Positions 15,489-23,875 of a stretch of 24,650 bases of DNA are shown here, piece after piece (the first letter of the stretch is position 1; each line of letters opens with the position of its first letter). The notes beneath the pieces are model-generated. The model was not told the DNA's origin. It worked only from the letters and a program-made list of their open reading frames with translations, and did no database searches. Origin of the DNA: Gemmatimonadota bacterium (GTDB lineage Bacteria > Gemmatimonadota > Gemmatimonadetes > Longimicrobiales > RSA9). A program made the translations under genes and the position numbers. Location: NCBI GenBank assembly GCA_012027055.1, contig VEPF01000411.1, positions 1 to 24,650 of the forward strand. The letters are read 5' to 3'.

Positions 15489-16418
15489 CTAGAAACAGGC
15501 GGGCAGCGAGCCGTCCCGGGTGACGCGCAGTCGGATACGCGCGCTGCTGAATGAGCCGAATACCCCGGTACCGGCACCGTGCACGCTCGCGATACGCACG
15601 GCTCCCGAAGGATTGAAGGAATCGCCGCGCACCCAGTTCACGTAGTTCCGGTCCGCAGCGGCGATCACCACCTCGGCGCTGACCCCCTCCGGCAAGCCGC
15701 TGCTCAGGGCCATCAGGATGGGGTGCAGGGCCGGATCGAAGCGGTCGAACAGACCCAGCTCGCCGGGAAGTACCAGCGTCGTGTCGTTGGCCGAGATCGC
15801 CAGGCCCTCCAGCCGGAGCGGCACATTGGGAGTGTCCGCGACTACCCCGCGCTGCACCAGGATCGGGAAGATGTCGGTGAAGCGTGCTTCCACGTCGTAT
15901 ACCCAGGCGCCCTCGACCGCGCCCCAGCGGAGTTCCAGGCTGGTGTCCGGCACCAGCGCACACGACCCGGTCCGCGGTTGCCGCAGCTGCAGCGCGGCCG
16001 GCACCTTCGTGCTGCCCGCAAGCTCGGCACCGCTCGACGTGCGAATCCGCAGGCCGTACGTCTCGCCCGGCTGGATGGGCAGCCCGAGGGCGGACGCGGC
16101 ATAGCACGAGCCGGCCGCGCTCGGCCTGGCCGGTTCCGGCTGCAGGCAGCGCCAGTAGTCGACGGGATGGAACTCCAGCACCCTCCCGGCCGCATCGCTC
16201 ACCGCGATCCGCGCGTCGGGGATGCGCATGCCGCCCTGTCCGAGCGCCCGGTGCAGGTACGCGTACTGCGAATCCGCGCCCGCCTCCAGCACCACTTCCG
16301 CGACCACGAAGTCCGCTCCCGTGGTGCTCGTGACCTCCTGCAGCTCGCACGCGGCCAGCAGCATTGGCAAGGCGGCTGCCAGCGCGGTCCGCCGCGGTTT
16401 CGACGAGGCACCTAGCAT
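15489..16418 (-). CDS. DUF4249-like lipoprotein partner of a TonB-dependent receptor
   Basis: Lipobox LAAC. The C-terminal ASVHGAGTGVFGS resembles the DUF4249 'SN(I/V)xGGxGxFG' motif. The start overlaps the receptor stop (TGATG). Confidence 0.7.
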   Translation of the reverse strand: MLGASSKPRRTALAAALPMLLAACELQEVTSTTGADFVVAEVVLEAGADSQYAYLHRALGQGGMRIPDARIAVSDAAGRVLEFHPVDYWRCLQPEPARPSAAGSCYAASALGLPIQPGETYGLRIRTSSGAELAGSTKVPAALQLRQPRTGSCALVPDTSLELRWGAVEGAWVYDVEARFTDIFPILVQRGVVADTPNVPLRLEGLAISANDTTLVLPGELGLFDRFDPALHPILMALSSGLPEGVSAEVVIAAADRNYVNWVRGDSFNPSGAVRIASVHGAGTGVFGSFSSARIRLRVTRDGSLPACF

Positions 16419-18772
16419 CAGAATGTCACCTCCAGTCCAATGCTCGGCAGCAGTGGGAACATCGAGATGCCCGAGCGCGCCGCCGGCCTGCGATCGTATT
16501 CAAAGAAGTAGAAGAGCACGTTCCGCCGGTTGGTCAGGTTGAGCACGTCCAGGTAGGGTGTCAGCGTGCCCCACCGCTTCTGGAGCTGCTTCCGCACTGA
16601 GACATCGATGCGCAGATAGGCCGGGTAGCGCGCTCCGTTGCGCGGCCCCAGCGCCACCGCCAGCCCGGCACTGTCGCCCCCCATGCCCGCTGGCTTCCGG
16701 GTTCCGTCCAGCGGCTGGTATGCGTAGTAGCGATACGCGCCGATCGCTCGCGTGTACGGCAGGCCGCTGCCGTAGTTGAGGCGCCCGCCGAGCTGCACGT
16801 TCCGCCCCAGCTCAGCGTTGAGCGTGAAATCCACGTCCAGGCGCCGGTCGAACACGGGCGGATAGGTGACCGTAGCCGGGCTGGCCGCTCCGCTCTGCAG
16901 GTCGGGGAACGTGCGCCGCGCGTGCAGCCACGAGAGCGCCAGCATGGGCCGCAATCGGCCCGACTCCCGCCGTACCAGCAGATCGGCGCCGTACGAACGC
17001 CCGGTGCCCCGGGCCAGGTCGTCCGCCGCGGTGTTCGGGTCATCGGCCACGTTGTTGGTCGTGACCCCGGTGAACCGGCGATAGTAGCCTTCCAGCGCCA
17101 CCTGCCAGTCATCCCCGACGAAGCCCTCTATGCCGCCCTGCAGCTGGTCCGAGACGACGACCGGTGCCTGCGCACCGCTCAGTACCCAGACGTCGATGCC
17201 GAGCGGCAGCTCCTCGTCGCGGACCGAGTGGAGGAACTGCGTGTAACGGCCGACCGCCAGCTTGAGCCCGAAGTCCCGGCCACTCAGGAATCGCTTCACT
17301 GCGAGCCGCGGCGCCAATCGGGTCAGCGCGCTCCGGCTTCCCGGCGTCCAGCGATCGACCCGGGCGCCCGCCTCCAGCAGCCAGCCCGGACTTCGCAGAT
17401 TGCCTTCCACGTAGCCGCCCAGTAGCCAGCCGGCCTCCCGTCCCTGCCGGAATACCGTCCCCCCGGTCGTGGCCAGGTTGTCGTGCGCCTGCCGACCCAG
17501 CTCGCCGCCGATCTTCAGGCCGGCCGCTTCCCCCAGCACCAGCGCCAGGTCGGTGCGCACCAGCAAGTGGGACACCTCGCTGCGGAAATCGGTGTCCTGG
17601 AATTCCGGGAAGCGGATCGCGGTCGCGAACCGGGAATAGCCGAATCGGCTGTCGAGCTTGTGCGGCCCGAGCGGTCGGGTCATGCCGATCCCCACCACGT
17701 CGTTGCCCCAGTCCCATTTCACGCGCAGTGGGAAATCCTCGAGGCCGGTCAGGTTCAGCACGTCGCTGCCCGTGTAGCCGGTGAACAGCCAGCGCGTGCC
17801 TCCCCGGGTCCAGGCCTCGCCGAACGCCTGTACGTCCGTCAGGTGGTAGGGGAACTCGAACACCGGCTTCAGTACCTGGTCGAAATACGATCGGCGGATC
17901 GACAGGCGCCCGCGCGCGTTCTTCAGTCCCAGCCGGTCGGCCGCCTCTTTGGGGAGGGCAGTGCCGGCGGCCACGCGCGCGGCCAGGAGCGACACCCCGG
18001 CACTGCCCTCGAACCCGCCTTCGCCGCTCTCGCTCTCGATGGCGAGCACTGATGACACCCGGCCCCCGTACTCGGCGGGAAATCCCCCCGAAAGCAGGTC
18101 GGCGCGACCGATCATGTCGGCGTTGAACACGCTGAACAGGCCGCCCAGGTGGAATGGATTGAAGACCGGGAAACCGTCCAGCAGGATCAGGTTCTGGTCG
18201 GCCGAGCCGCCTCGCACGTTGAACGCCGAAGAGTAGTCGGAAGTCGTGACCACCCCGGGCAGCACCTCCACGGCCCGCAGCACGTCGGCCTCCGCCAGAC
18301 CCGGGATCAGCTTCATCTGCTCGGCCCGCATTCCCGTCACCGTCGCGCCGGCCCGTTCTTCGAAACGGGCGCGCGCGCGTTCCGCCTCGACCCGCAGCCC
18401 GGGCATCGCGACGGCCTGCTCCGCCAGCACGATCGTCACTTCGACCACGCCCGCAGGCACCGCCACCGTGGTGTCCGCGCGCGCGTATCCGAGCAGCTCG
18501 ACGCCGAGCCGATACGGCCCGGGACGTAGCCGCGAGAACCGGAATTGCCCGCCTGGCGTCGTCTCTATGGCCCGCAACAGGCTCGTGTCCCCCACCGCTC
18601 GCAGCTGCACCATGGCGTTGCCCAGCAGTCCGCCCTCGAGAGCCCTGACAGTGCCCCGGATCTCGACCGTCTGAGCAGCCCCCGGCCGCGCGGTCAGCGC
18701 CAGGGCGAACGCGCACCCGACGGCCGCCCACAGCCTCCGCCTGGATTCCTTGGATTGACCCACTCCGCTCAT
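16418..18772 (-). CDS. TonB-dependent receptor (signal peptide, carboxypeptidase-regulatory-like domain, plug, beta-barrel)
   Basis: Plug motif NVRGGSADQNLILLDGFPVFNPFHLGGLFSVFN, alternating barrel strands, LDVLNLTNRRN near the end, and a C-terminal Phe (GLEVTF). The true start is about ATG 18772 (or GTG 18763), not 20305. Confidence 0.9.
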   Translation of the reverse strand: MSGVGQSKESRRRLWAAVGCAFALALTARPGAAQTVEIRGTVRALEGGLLGNAMVQLRAVGDTSLLRAIETTPGGQFRFSRLRPGPYRLGVELLGYARADTTVAVPAGVVEVTIVLAEQAVAMPGLRVEAERARARFEERAGATVTGMRAEQMKLIPGLAEADVLRAVEVLPGVVTTSDYSSAFNVRGGSADQNLILLDGFPVFNPFHLGGLFSVFNADMIGRADLLSGGFPAEYGGRVSSVLAIESESGEGGFEGSAGVSLLAARVAAGTALPKEAADRLGLKNARGRLSIRRSYFDQVLKPVFEFPYHLTDVQAFGEAWTRGGTRWLFTGYTGSDVLNLTGLEDFPLRVKWDWGNDVVGIGMTRPLGPHKLDSRFGYSRFATAIRFPEFQDTDFRSEVSHLLVRTDLALVLGEAAGLKIGGELGRQAHDNLATTGGTVFRQGREAGWLLGGYVEGNLRSPGWLLEAGARVDRWTPGSRSALTRLAPRLAVKRFLSGRDFGLKLAVGRYTQFLHSVRDEELPLGIDVWVLSGAQAPVVVSDQLQGGIEGFVGDDWQVALEGYYRRFTGVTTNNVADDPNTAADDLARGTGRSYGADLLVRRESGRLRPMLALSWLHARRTFPDLQSGAASPATVTYPPVFDRRLDVDFTLNAELGRNVQLGGRLNYGSGLPYTRAIGAYRYYAYQPLDGTRKPAGMGGDSAGLAVALGPRNGARYPAYLRIDVSVRKQLQKRWGTLTPYLDVLNLTNRRNVLFYFFEYDRRPAARSGISMFPLLPSIGLEVTF

Positions 18773-18783
18773 TCCAATAGGCT
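18755..18783 (+). promoter_or_regulatory. Putative sigma70 promoter for the peptidase gene
   Basis: TTGACC(18755-18760)-17nt-TAGGCT(18778-18783). It overlaps the first codons of the divergent receptor gene. Confidence 0.5.
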
Positions 18784-18832
18784 TTTGCACACGAATTCCT
18801 GCATGGACTCCCGGCCGCATGGTCCCGACTGC

Positions 18833-21181
18833 ATGAGCCGCTTGCGCCTGATGCGCTTCGCCGCCGTACTGGCCACCGGCATCTTCGCACTGGCCGGCTG
18901 CGGCGAGCCGGCGGCCCCGCCCGTCCCCGCAGCTATCGCGATCTTCAGCGGGGACGGCCAGACGGCCACGGTCGGCGCCCCGCTTCCTGCTACCCCCGTG
19001 ATCCGCGTCCTCACCGCGGAAGGCAAGCCGGTCCGGAACGTCCCGGTCAATTTCGCGATCAGCGGCGGCGGTGGCACTATCGCGAACGCCGGCGCCACCA
19101 CCGACAAGACCGGCGGGACTCCGGTCGCGGGCTGGGTGCTCGGCACCACGGTGGGTGAGAATCTGCTCACCGTCACCAGTGGCCTGCTCCCACCGGTCAC
19201 GATCCGCGCCACCGCGGTCGCCGACCTGCCGGCCGGTCTGTTGGTCACCCGTGAACCCGCGGCGGCGAGCACTCGCGGTGTGCCGCTCCCCACCCAGCCG
19301 GCTGTGCAACTCATCGACCGCTTCGGCAACAACTCCGGCCAGGCCGGCGTCACCATCACCGCGGCCACGATCGAAGGTACCGCCGTCATAACCAACGGCA
19401 CGACCGTCACCGCCGCGGACGGGAGCGCGGTGTTCTCGGGACTCGCGTTGGATGGGCCCGCCGGACCGTACACACTGGAGTTCCGGGCGCCGGGACTGCT
19501 TCCCCGCCGCGCCGCGGGGCCGATCCAGATCGGCGCGGGGATCTGCGGCGATGCCGGCGCGAATGGCATGACGCTCGACTTCCAGCCCGGACAGCTGCTG
19601 CGAGTCCGGGCCGATGCGCCGACGGCACCCAACTGCCTCGCTTTCGAACTGTCGCGCGCCCTCGGCCAGCAGTACCTGCTGCTCTTCGAGAACATGCCCC
19701 TCAACGGCAGCTACTCGGCGGGCCTGTTCGACGAGCTGCCCAGGAGCCCGATCGACTTCAGCTTCGCGGTGCGCGGCGCCCCCAGCACCGTCGGCTACGG
19801 CGACGCGGCCGCTGCCTTCCGCCGGCTGGCGTTCCCCGCCCTGGACGAGCACTCCTCGCACCAGTGGGACTTCGGGGCCGGTCCGATCTACGAGGGATCC
19901 GTCGGGCCCCTCCCCGGCGGCGTGGCGCAGCCGAAGCTGCTCCGCGGCGGGATCGCGCTCGATCTGCAATCTGCGGCCGTCGACCCGCAGGTCGGCGACA
20001 CCGTCACGGTCTATCTGGAGGGCATCCCGCGGCTCTCCATCCCCTCCGGCCAGCAGAAGGCGGTCATCCGCGCGCTCTCGGACCACCTGATCTTCGCGGA
20101 AGACGTGCGCCTCGGAACGCTCACCCGCGAGAACAGCACGCCCGATGCGCCGGTCTACAACTCCCCCATGAGCCAGGGGGCGATCGACTCGATCGCCGCG
20201 GAGTACGCGCAGTTCGCGCGCGTGCAGGGTGACCTGCTGTTCCAGAACCGCTTCAACCAGAGCGTCGAAAGCCGCTCCCCCGCCAGCCGCGTGCTGACCG
20301 TGCATACTCTGATGTATGCCAACAACATCTGGGGCTACACCTACTCATCGTCGTACTACTTTGCCTTCGACTACTGGGTGAGTAGCACCAACGGCACCAC
20401 CCCCGGGTTGCCGCAGCATCCGCAGCGCGTGGCGGACGATCTGTTCATGCACGAGATCGCGCACCTGCGCCACTACGGGATGCTGGAGCGCGCGGGTCGT
20501 ACCGCGCAGCGGGGAAACCAGTGGCTGGTCGAAGGTTTCGCGCGCTTCACCGAGCGCCTCCCCATCGCCAACCGACTGCTCGGGCTGGTGACCCCATCGC
20601 GCACCGGCAACCTGGTGCTGCCGCGCAATCCAGCGTTCGGAAACTCGTACTACTTCGATGACGTGCCCACCTACCTGCAGGCGGGCGCAGCCATGTTCGG
20701 GGGCTACGGCGCGTCCTCCTACGTGTTCGACTACTTCGCCGACCAGGTCGCGCTGCGCGGCGGCGAGCCGCTCGGCGCCTTGCGCGATTTCCTGCTCGCG
20801 GCCGGCACGCGTGCCCGGCTCGATTCCACGGTGGTCCGGTGGCTGCCCGATGTTGGATCGTTCGAGGAACTGTTCACTCGCTCGCGCGTGGCGCTCTACA
20901 CCGACGACTACGGGGTCGGTCCGCTGCCGGCCTGGACGCAGTATCAGCAGTTCCAGCTCCGCGCCAGTCGACCGCCCGGCAGTCAGGCGCTCAACGACCC
21001 GCGCAACGCCTGGCTCAAGGTCACGCCGGGTCAGCCGTTCTCCACCGAACTCACGCCGCTCGCGGCCGGCACCGCGCGGGGCGTGCTGATCGACGGTACT
21101 GCGGCGAGCGGCAGCGCCCGCATTTCCATCGATGCGTCGCGCATGGCCAACGGCGTGATCTCCATCGTGCGCATCCGCTGA
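18833..21181 (+). CDS. Lipoprotein with N-terminal Ig-like (Big_1/invasin-type) domains and an HEXXH+E zinc metallopeptidase domain
   Basis: Lipobox LAGC. Ig-like strands (SGDGQTATVG..LP...VIRV...GKPV.NVPV.F....GGG). HEIAH (20450-20464) is followed by WLVEGFA.F.E, a gluzincin-type third ligand. The start could be ATG 18803, 18833 or 18851. Confidence 0.8.
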   Translation: MSRLRLMRFAAVLATGIFALAGCGEPAAPPVPAAIAIFSGDGQTATVGAPLPATPVIRVLTAEGKPVRNVPVNFAISGGGGTIANAGATTDKTGGTPVAGWVLGTTVGENLLTVTSGLLPPVTIRATAVADLPAGLLVTREPAAASTRGVPLPTQPAVQLIDRFGNNSGQAGVTITAATIEGTAVITNGTTVTAADGSAVFSGLALDGPAGPYTLEFRAPGLLPRRAAGPIQIGAGICGDAGANGMTLDFQPGQLLRVRADAPTAPNCLAFELSRALGQQYLLLFENMPLNGSYSAGLFDELPRSPIDFSFAVRGAPSTVGYGDAAAAFRRLAFPALDEHSSHQWDFGAGPIYEGSVGPLPGGVAQPKLLRGGIALDLQSAAVDPQVGDTVTVYLEGIPRLSIPSGQQKAVIRALSDHLIFAEDVRLGTLTRENSTPDAPVYNSPMSQGAIDSIAAEYAQFARVQGDLLFQNRFNQSVESRSPASRVLTVHTLMYANNIWGYTYSSSYYFAFDYWVSSTNGTTPGLPQHPQRVADDLFMHEIAHLRHYGMLERAGRTAQRGNQWLVEGFARFTERLPIANRLLGLVTPSRTGNLVLPRNPAFGNSYYFDDVPTYLQAGAAMFGGYGASSYVFDYFADQVALRGGEPLGALRDFLLAAGTRARLDSTVVRWLPDVGSFEELFTRSRVALYTDDYGVGPLPAWTQYQQFQLRASRPPGSQALNDPRNAWLKVTPGQPFSTELTPLAAGTARGVLIDGTAASGSARISIDASRMANGVISIVRIR

Positions 21182-21235
21182 GGCTCCCGAAACCGGGGCA
21201 GTTTCCCCGGCGTAGGGCGGAGGGGAGGTGAGACC

Positions 21236-21523
21236 ATGTTCGAGACCATCGCTGCCCTTGCCACCGTCACCATGGCCGGCGGCGCGGCCGGCGCGGGCTA
21301 CGTCGGCAGCAAGCGATTCGTGAAAGAGCGGCTGCGCTTCGAGGACCAGATCCAGAGACCGGGCGCCGCCATCGTCGCCGGTCCGGTCGCGGCCCTGGCC
21401 GCGGTCCCGGTCGTCGCGCTGCTGCCCTTCGTCGGCGGCGGCACCGCCCTGCTGTTCGGCGTCGCGGTCGGCGCTGGCACGCGCGCGGGCGCCCGCCAGA
21501 TCAGGCGCTGGATCAGCGACTGA
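21236..21523 (+). CDS. Small Gly/Ala-rich membrane protein (95 aa)
   Basis: Strong SD (GGGGAGGTGA) before the ATG. Hydrophobic segments carry small-xxx-small motifs and are separated by a charged stretch. Confidence 0.7.
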   Translation: MFETIAALATVTMAGGAAGAGYVGSKRFVKERLRFEDQIQRPGAAIVAGPVAALAAVPVVALLPFVGGGTALLFGVAVGAGTRAGARQIRRWISD

Positions 21524-21536
21524 GTGCTCCTCCCAG

Positions 21537-21578
21537 GGAAAGAGCCGCCCGGACCAATCGCCCGCGCGGCTCTATTCC
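21537..21578. terminator. Stem-loop between the convergent small gene and the tRNA; possible bidirectional terminator
   Basis: GGAA-AGAGCCGC...GCGGCTCT-A-TTCC inverted repeat with a 17-nt loop. No strong U-tract. Confidence 0.3.
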
Positions 21579-21594
21579 GCTGCCACAACCTGCA

Positions 21595-21665
21595 TAGGGG
21601 CGCTGGGAATCGAACCCAGACCTAAGGCTTAAAAGGCCTCTGCTCGACCTTCGAGCTACGCCCCC
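21595..21665 (-). tRNA. tRNA-Lys(UUU), 71 nt, CCA not encoded, atypical D-arm
   Basis: The cloverleaf folds by hand: GGGGGCG/CGCCCCT acceptor, TA, GCTC-GAAGGTC-GAGC, GAGGC-CTTTTAA-GCCTT, AGGT, CTGGG-TTCGATT-CCCAG, discriminator A. Confidence 0.85.
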
Positions 21666-21710
21666 GCGTCCCGGCGCAGGCGACGTCCACACCGCCGCTG
21701 GCCGCCGCGC

Positions 21711-21739
21711 AATCTAGCCCCGCGCGCCGACCCCTTCAA
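21711..21739 (-). promoter_or_regulatory. Putative sigma70 promoter for the tRNA
   Basis: TTGAAG(21739-21734)-17nt-TAGATT(21716-21711), about 45 nt upstream of tRNA position 1, in the intergenic space. Confidence 0.55.
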
Positions 21740-21757
21740 CCGAGCGCCGCTCCCTCT

Positions 21758-22243
21758 TCACGGCCGCACCGTGGTGAGCAGCAGGCCCAGCACGACCAGC
21801 GCGCCCCACAGGGCCAGGCTGCGTTTCGCGGCCGCCCGCAGGCTCCGCCAGCTCGCGGGCTGCTCGGGGTTCCGCCGCAGTCGGTCCGCCATGACCTGAA
21901 TGACACGCCCGTTGACCAGCAGGGCGATCAGGCCCAGCAGCTTCAGCCAGGCCCAGGGCGAGCGCGGCAGATACGACAACTGCGCGAGCAGCTGGGCCAG
22001 GCCGGTGAGCAACGCCAGGGACAGGCCGATCAGGACCGGACGGTGGGTGTTGCCGATGCTCGCCAGCAGCGCCGCACGCTGCGGCGCCGGCCGCCGCTCC
22101 GCACGCAACGCGAAGCGATCGCCGTTCAGGGCGAAGCGGGCTGCCCACAGGACGCTCAGGATGTGACCGAGACCCGCGAGCAATTGCACGCTGTCGTGGC
22201 CCCGGTACGCCGCGGTCCACCAGGCAATCAACCCATCGCCCAT
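21758..22243 (-). CDS. Hypothetical four-helix membrane protein (CopD/DUF2214-like topology)
   Basis: Four hydrophobic segments, a His in TM1 (LGHILS) and WLKLLGLIALLVNG. Starts 6 nt after the upstream stop. Confidence 0.65.
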   Translation of the reverse strand: MGDGLIAWWTAAYRGHDSVQLLAGLGHILSVLWAARFALNGDRFALRAERRPAPQRAALLASIGNTHRPVLIGLSLALLTGLAQLLAQLSYLPRSPWAWLKLLGLIALLVNGRVIQVMADRLRRNPEQPASWRSLRAAAKRSLALWGALVVLGLLLTTVRP

Positions 22244-22249
22244 GCGGCC

Positions 22250-22687
22250 TCAGAGCGGCTCGTGCTCGGACAGGCTGGGCTTCCCCACCACGGCCAGATT
22301 GTAGCCCAGCAGTGCGCCCACCACCGCGAGCACGATCATCACCAGCAGCAGTATCAGCGTGAGCGTCGGCGTCAGCCCCTGCCAGCTCGCCCGGCCAGCG
22401 AAACCGAACCAAGTGACGTTCAGCAGCAGCCACACCACCAGCGACGTGAGCGCGATCGCCACCCCGTGCAGGATGGGCGCCTGCATGGCCCGGAAACCCG
22501 CGTAGAACCCGCCCGCGAAGAACCCGACCGCGGCCGCCAGCACGCTCCACCAGGTGTCTTCGCCACTGAAGGGCAGTGCATCGAATGCGGCCAGGACGAG
22601 CACCGCGAACGAGGTCACCGCCACGGCCACCGCCCACCCGACGAGCACGCGGCCCAGGCCGACGTTCTGGAGGTGTTCCGTGTGCAT
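22250..22687 (-). CDS. Hypothetical four-TM membrane protein (TIGR04086/YrzE-like)
   Basis: Four hydrophobic helices with GFFAGGFYAGFRA..APILHG and VLAVVGALLG. Starts 12 nt after the rnhB stop. Confidence 0.7.
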   Translation of the reverse strand: MHTEHLQNVGLGRVLVGWAVAVAVTSFAVLVLAAFDALPFSGEDTWWSVLAAAVGFFAGGFYAGFRAMQAPILHGVAIALTSLVVWLLLNVTWFGFAGRASWQGLTPTLTLILLLVMIVLAVVGALLGYNLAVVGKPSLSEHEPL

Positions 22688-22699
22688 CGTTCCCTCCGC

Positions 22700-23392
22700 T
22701 CAGGGCAGCTCCAGCAGAAGCTGCGTGTTCGGTTCGAAACTGCGCCGGTGATGCGGCGTCAGGCCGAGTGCGCCGATGGCAGCCCGGTGCTCCAGCGTCG
22801 CGTATCCCGCATTGCTGTCCCAGCCATATCCGGGGTAGCGCCGCGCCAGCAGGTGCATGCCCCGGTCTCGTACCACTTTCGCCACGATGGATGCGCAGGC
22901 CACTACGTGCACCCTGGCATCGCCGTCCACCACGGCGGTGCAGTCCTCGCCCAGCCCGGGTACCGGCAGTCCATCGACGATGATGTGCTGAGGGCGGAGC
23001 GGCAGCCGGGCCAGCGCACGCCGCATCGCCAGGTGCGAGGCACGCAGGATGTTGAGCCGGTCCACCTCGCGGCTGCTCGCCGCGCCGATCCCGATTCCCA
23101 GGGCATGGGCCCGGATCTCGGCACAGAGCCGCTCGCGCTTCTCTGCGGTCAGCCGTTTCGAGTCGTCGACACCGCGGATCCCAACCCCCCTGGGAAGCAC
23201 GACGGCCGCAGCCAGGACGGGCCCCGCCAGGGGACCGCGGCCGACCTCGTCGATTCCGGCGACGAACTCGATCCCGCGATCCCACAAGGTCTGCTCCAGC
23301 GCCATGAGCTGGTGCAGCCGGCGAAGCGCCGCGCGGCGGCGGCCGCTGGCCGTCCGCGGGCGATTGCGCCGTTTGGCTCCCTCCGACCCCAT
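22700..23392 (-). CDS. rnhB: Ribonuclease HII
   Basis: GIDEVGRGPLAGPV, DDSKRL, IVDG, GDA, ASIVAKV.RD and HRRSF motifs are present. It follows rplS, a common arrangement. Confidence 0.95.
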   Translation of the reverse strand: MGSEGAKRRNRPRTASGRRRAALRRLHQLMALEQTLWDRGIEFVAGIDEVGRGPLAGPVLAAAVVLPRGVGIRGVDDSKRLTAEKRERLCAEIRAHALGIGIGAASSREVDRLNILRASHLAMRRALARLPLRPQHIIVDGLPVPGLGEDCTAVVDGDARVHVVACASIVAKVVRDRGMHLLARRYPGYGWDSNAGYATLEHRAAIGALGLTPHHRRSFEPNTQLLLELP

Positions 23393-23419
23393 GCTTCAGG
23401 TCAGATCGGGACCAACGCG

Positions 23420-23764
23420 CTAGCGCTGCTTCTCTTTGATGCGCGCGGCCTTGCCGCGCAACGCGCGCAGATAGTAGAGCTTGGCGCGCCGCACCCGCCC
23501 GCGGCGGACCAACGTGATCGACTCCACGGACGGCGAATGCACCGGGAACACGCGCTCCACGCCGATCCCGCTGGAGATCTTGCGCACCGTGAAGGTCTCG
23601 CTGATGCCCGCGCCCTTGCGCGCAATGCACGTGCCCTCGAACGCCTGGATGCGCTCCTTGTCGCCTTCTCGCACCCGCACGTTCACACGCAGCGTATCAC
23701 CCGGCGCGAAGTCCGGCAGGGCAGCCCGCAGCTGGTCTCTGGTGACTTCCTGCAGTATGTCCAT
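23420..23764 (-). CDS. rplS: 50S ribosomal protein L19
   Basis: [44 protein letters not shown] and [21 protein letters not shown]. Confidence 0.97.
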   Translation of the reverse strand: MDILQEVTRDQLRAALPDFAPGDTLRVNVRVREGDKERIQAFEGTCIARKGAGISETFTVRKISSGIGVERVFPVHSPSVESITLVRRGRVRRAKLYYLRALRGKAARIKEKQR

Positions 23765-23875
23765 GTGGCCTCCCTCTCTCGACTCACGCCGGCGCTTCGT
23801 AACCCAGCGTACTGGTGGTCATCACTCCCGACCCGGCGCGCTTCCTCGTGCGCACACCGGCGTCGTCCCGCGCTC

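Noticed and set aside
18773-20305. 511-codon N-terminal extension of the TonB receptor (1295-aa ORF in the track)
   Set aside because: It is the antisense shadow of the peptidase gene. A signal peptide begins just after 18772, and long stop-free antisense frames are expected at this GC content.
21524-21757. tRNA as an integration site for a genomic island
   Set aside because: No integrase, no duplicated tRNA 3' end seen elsewhere in the window, and no compositional shift in the flanks.
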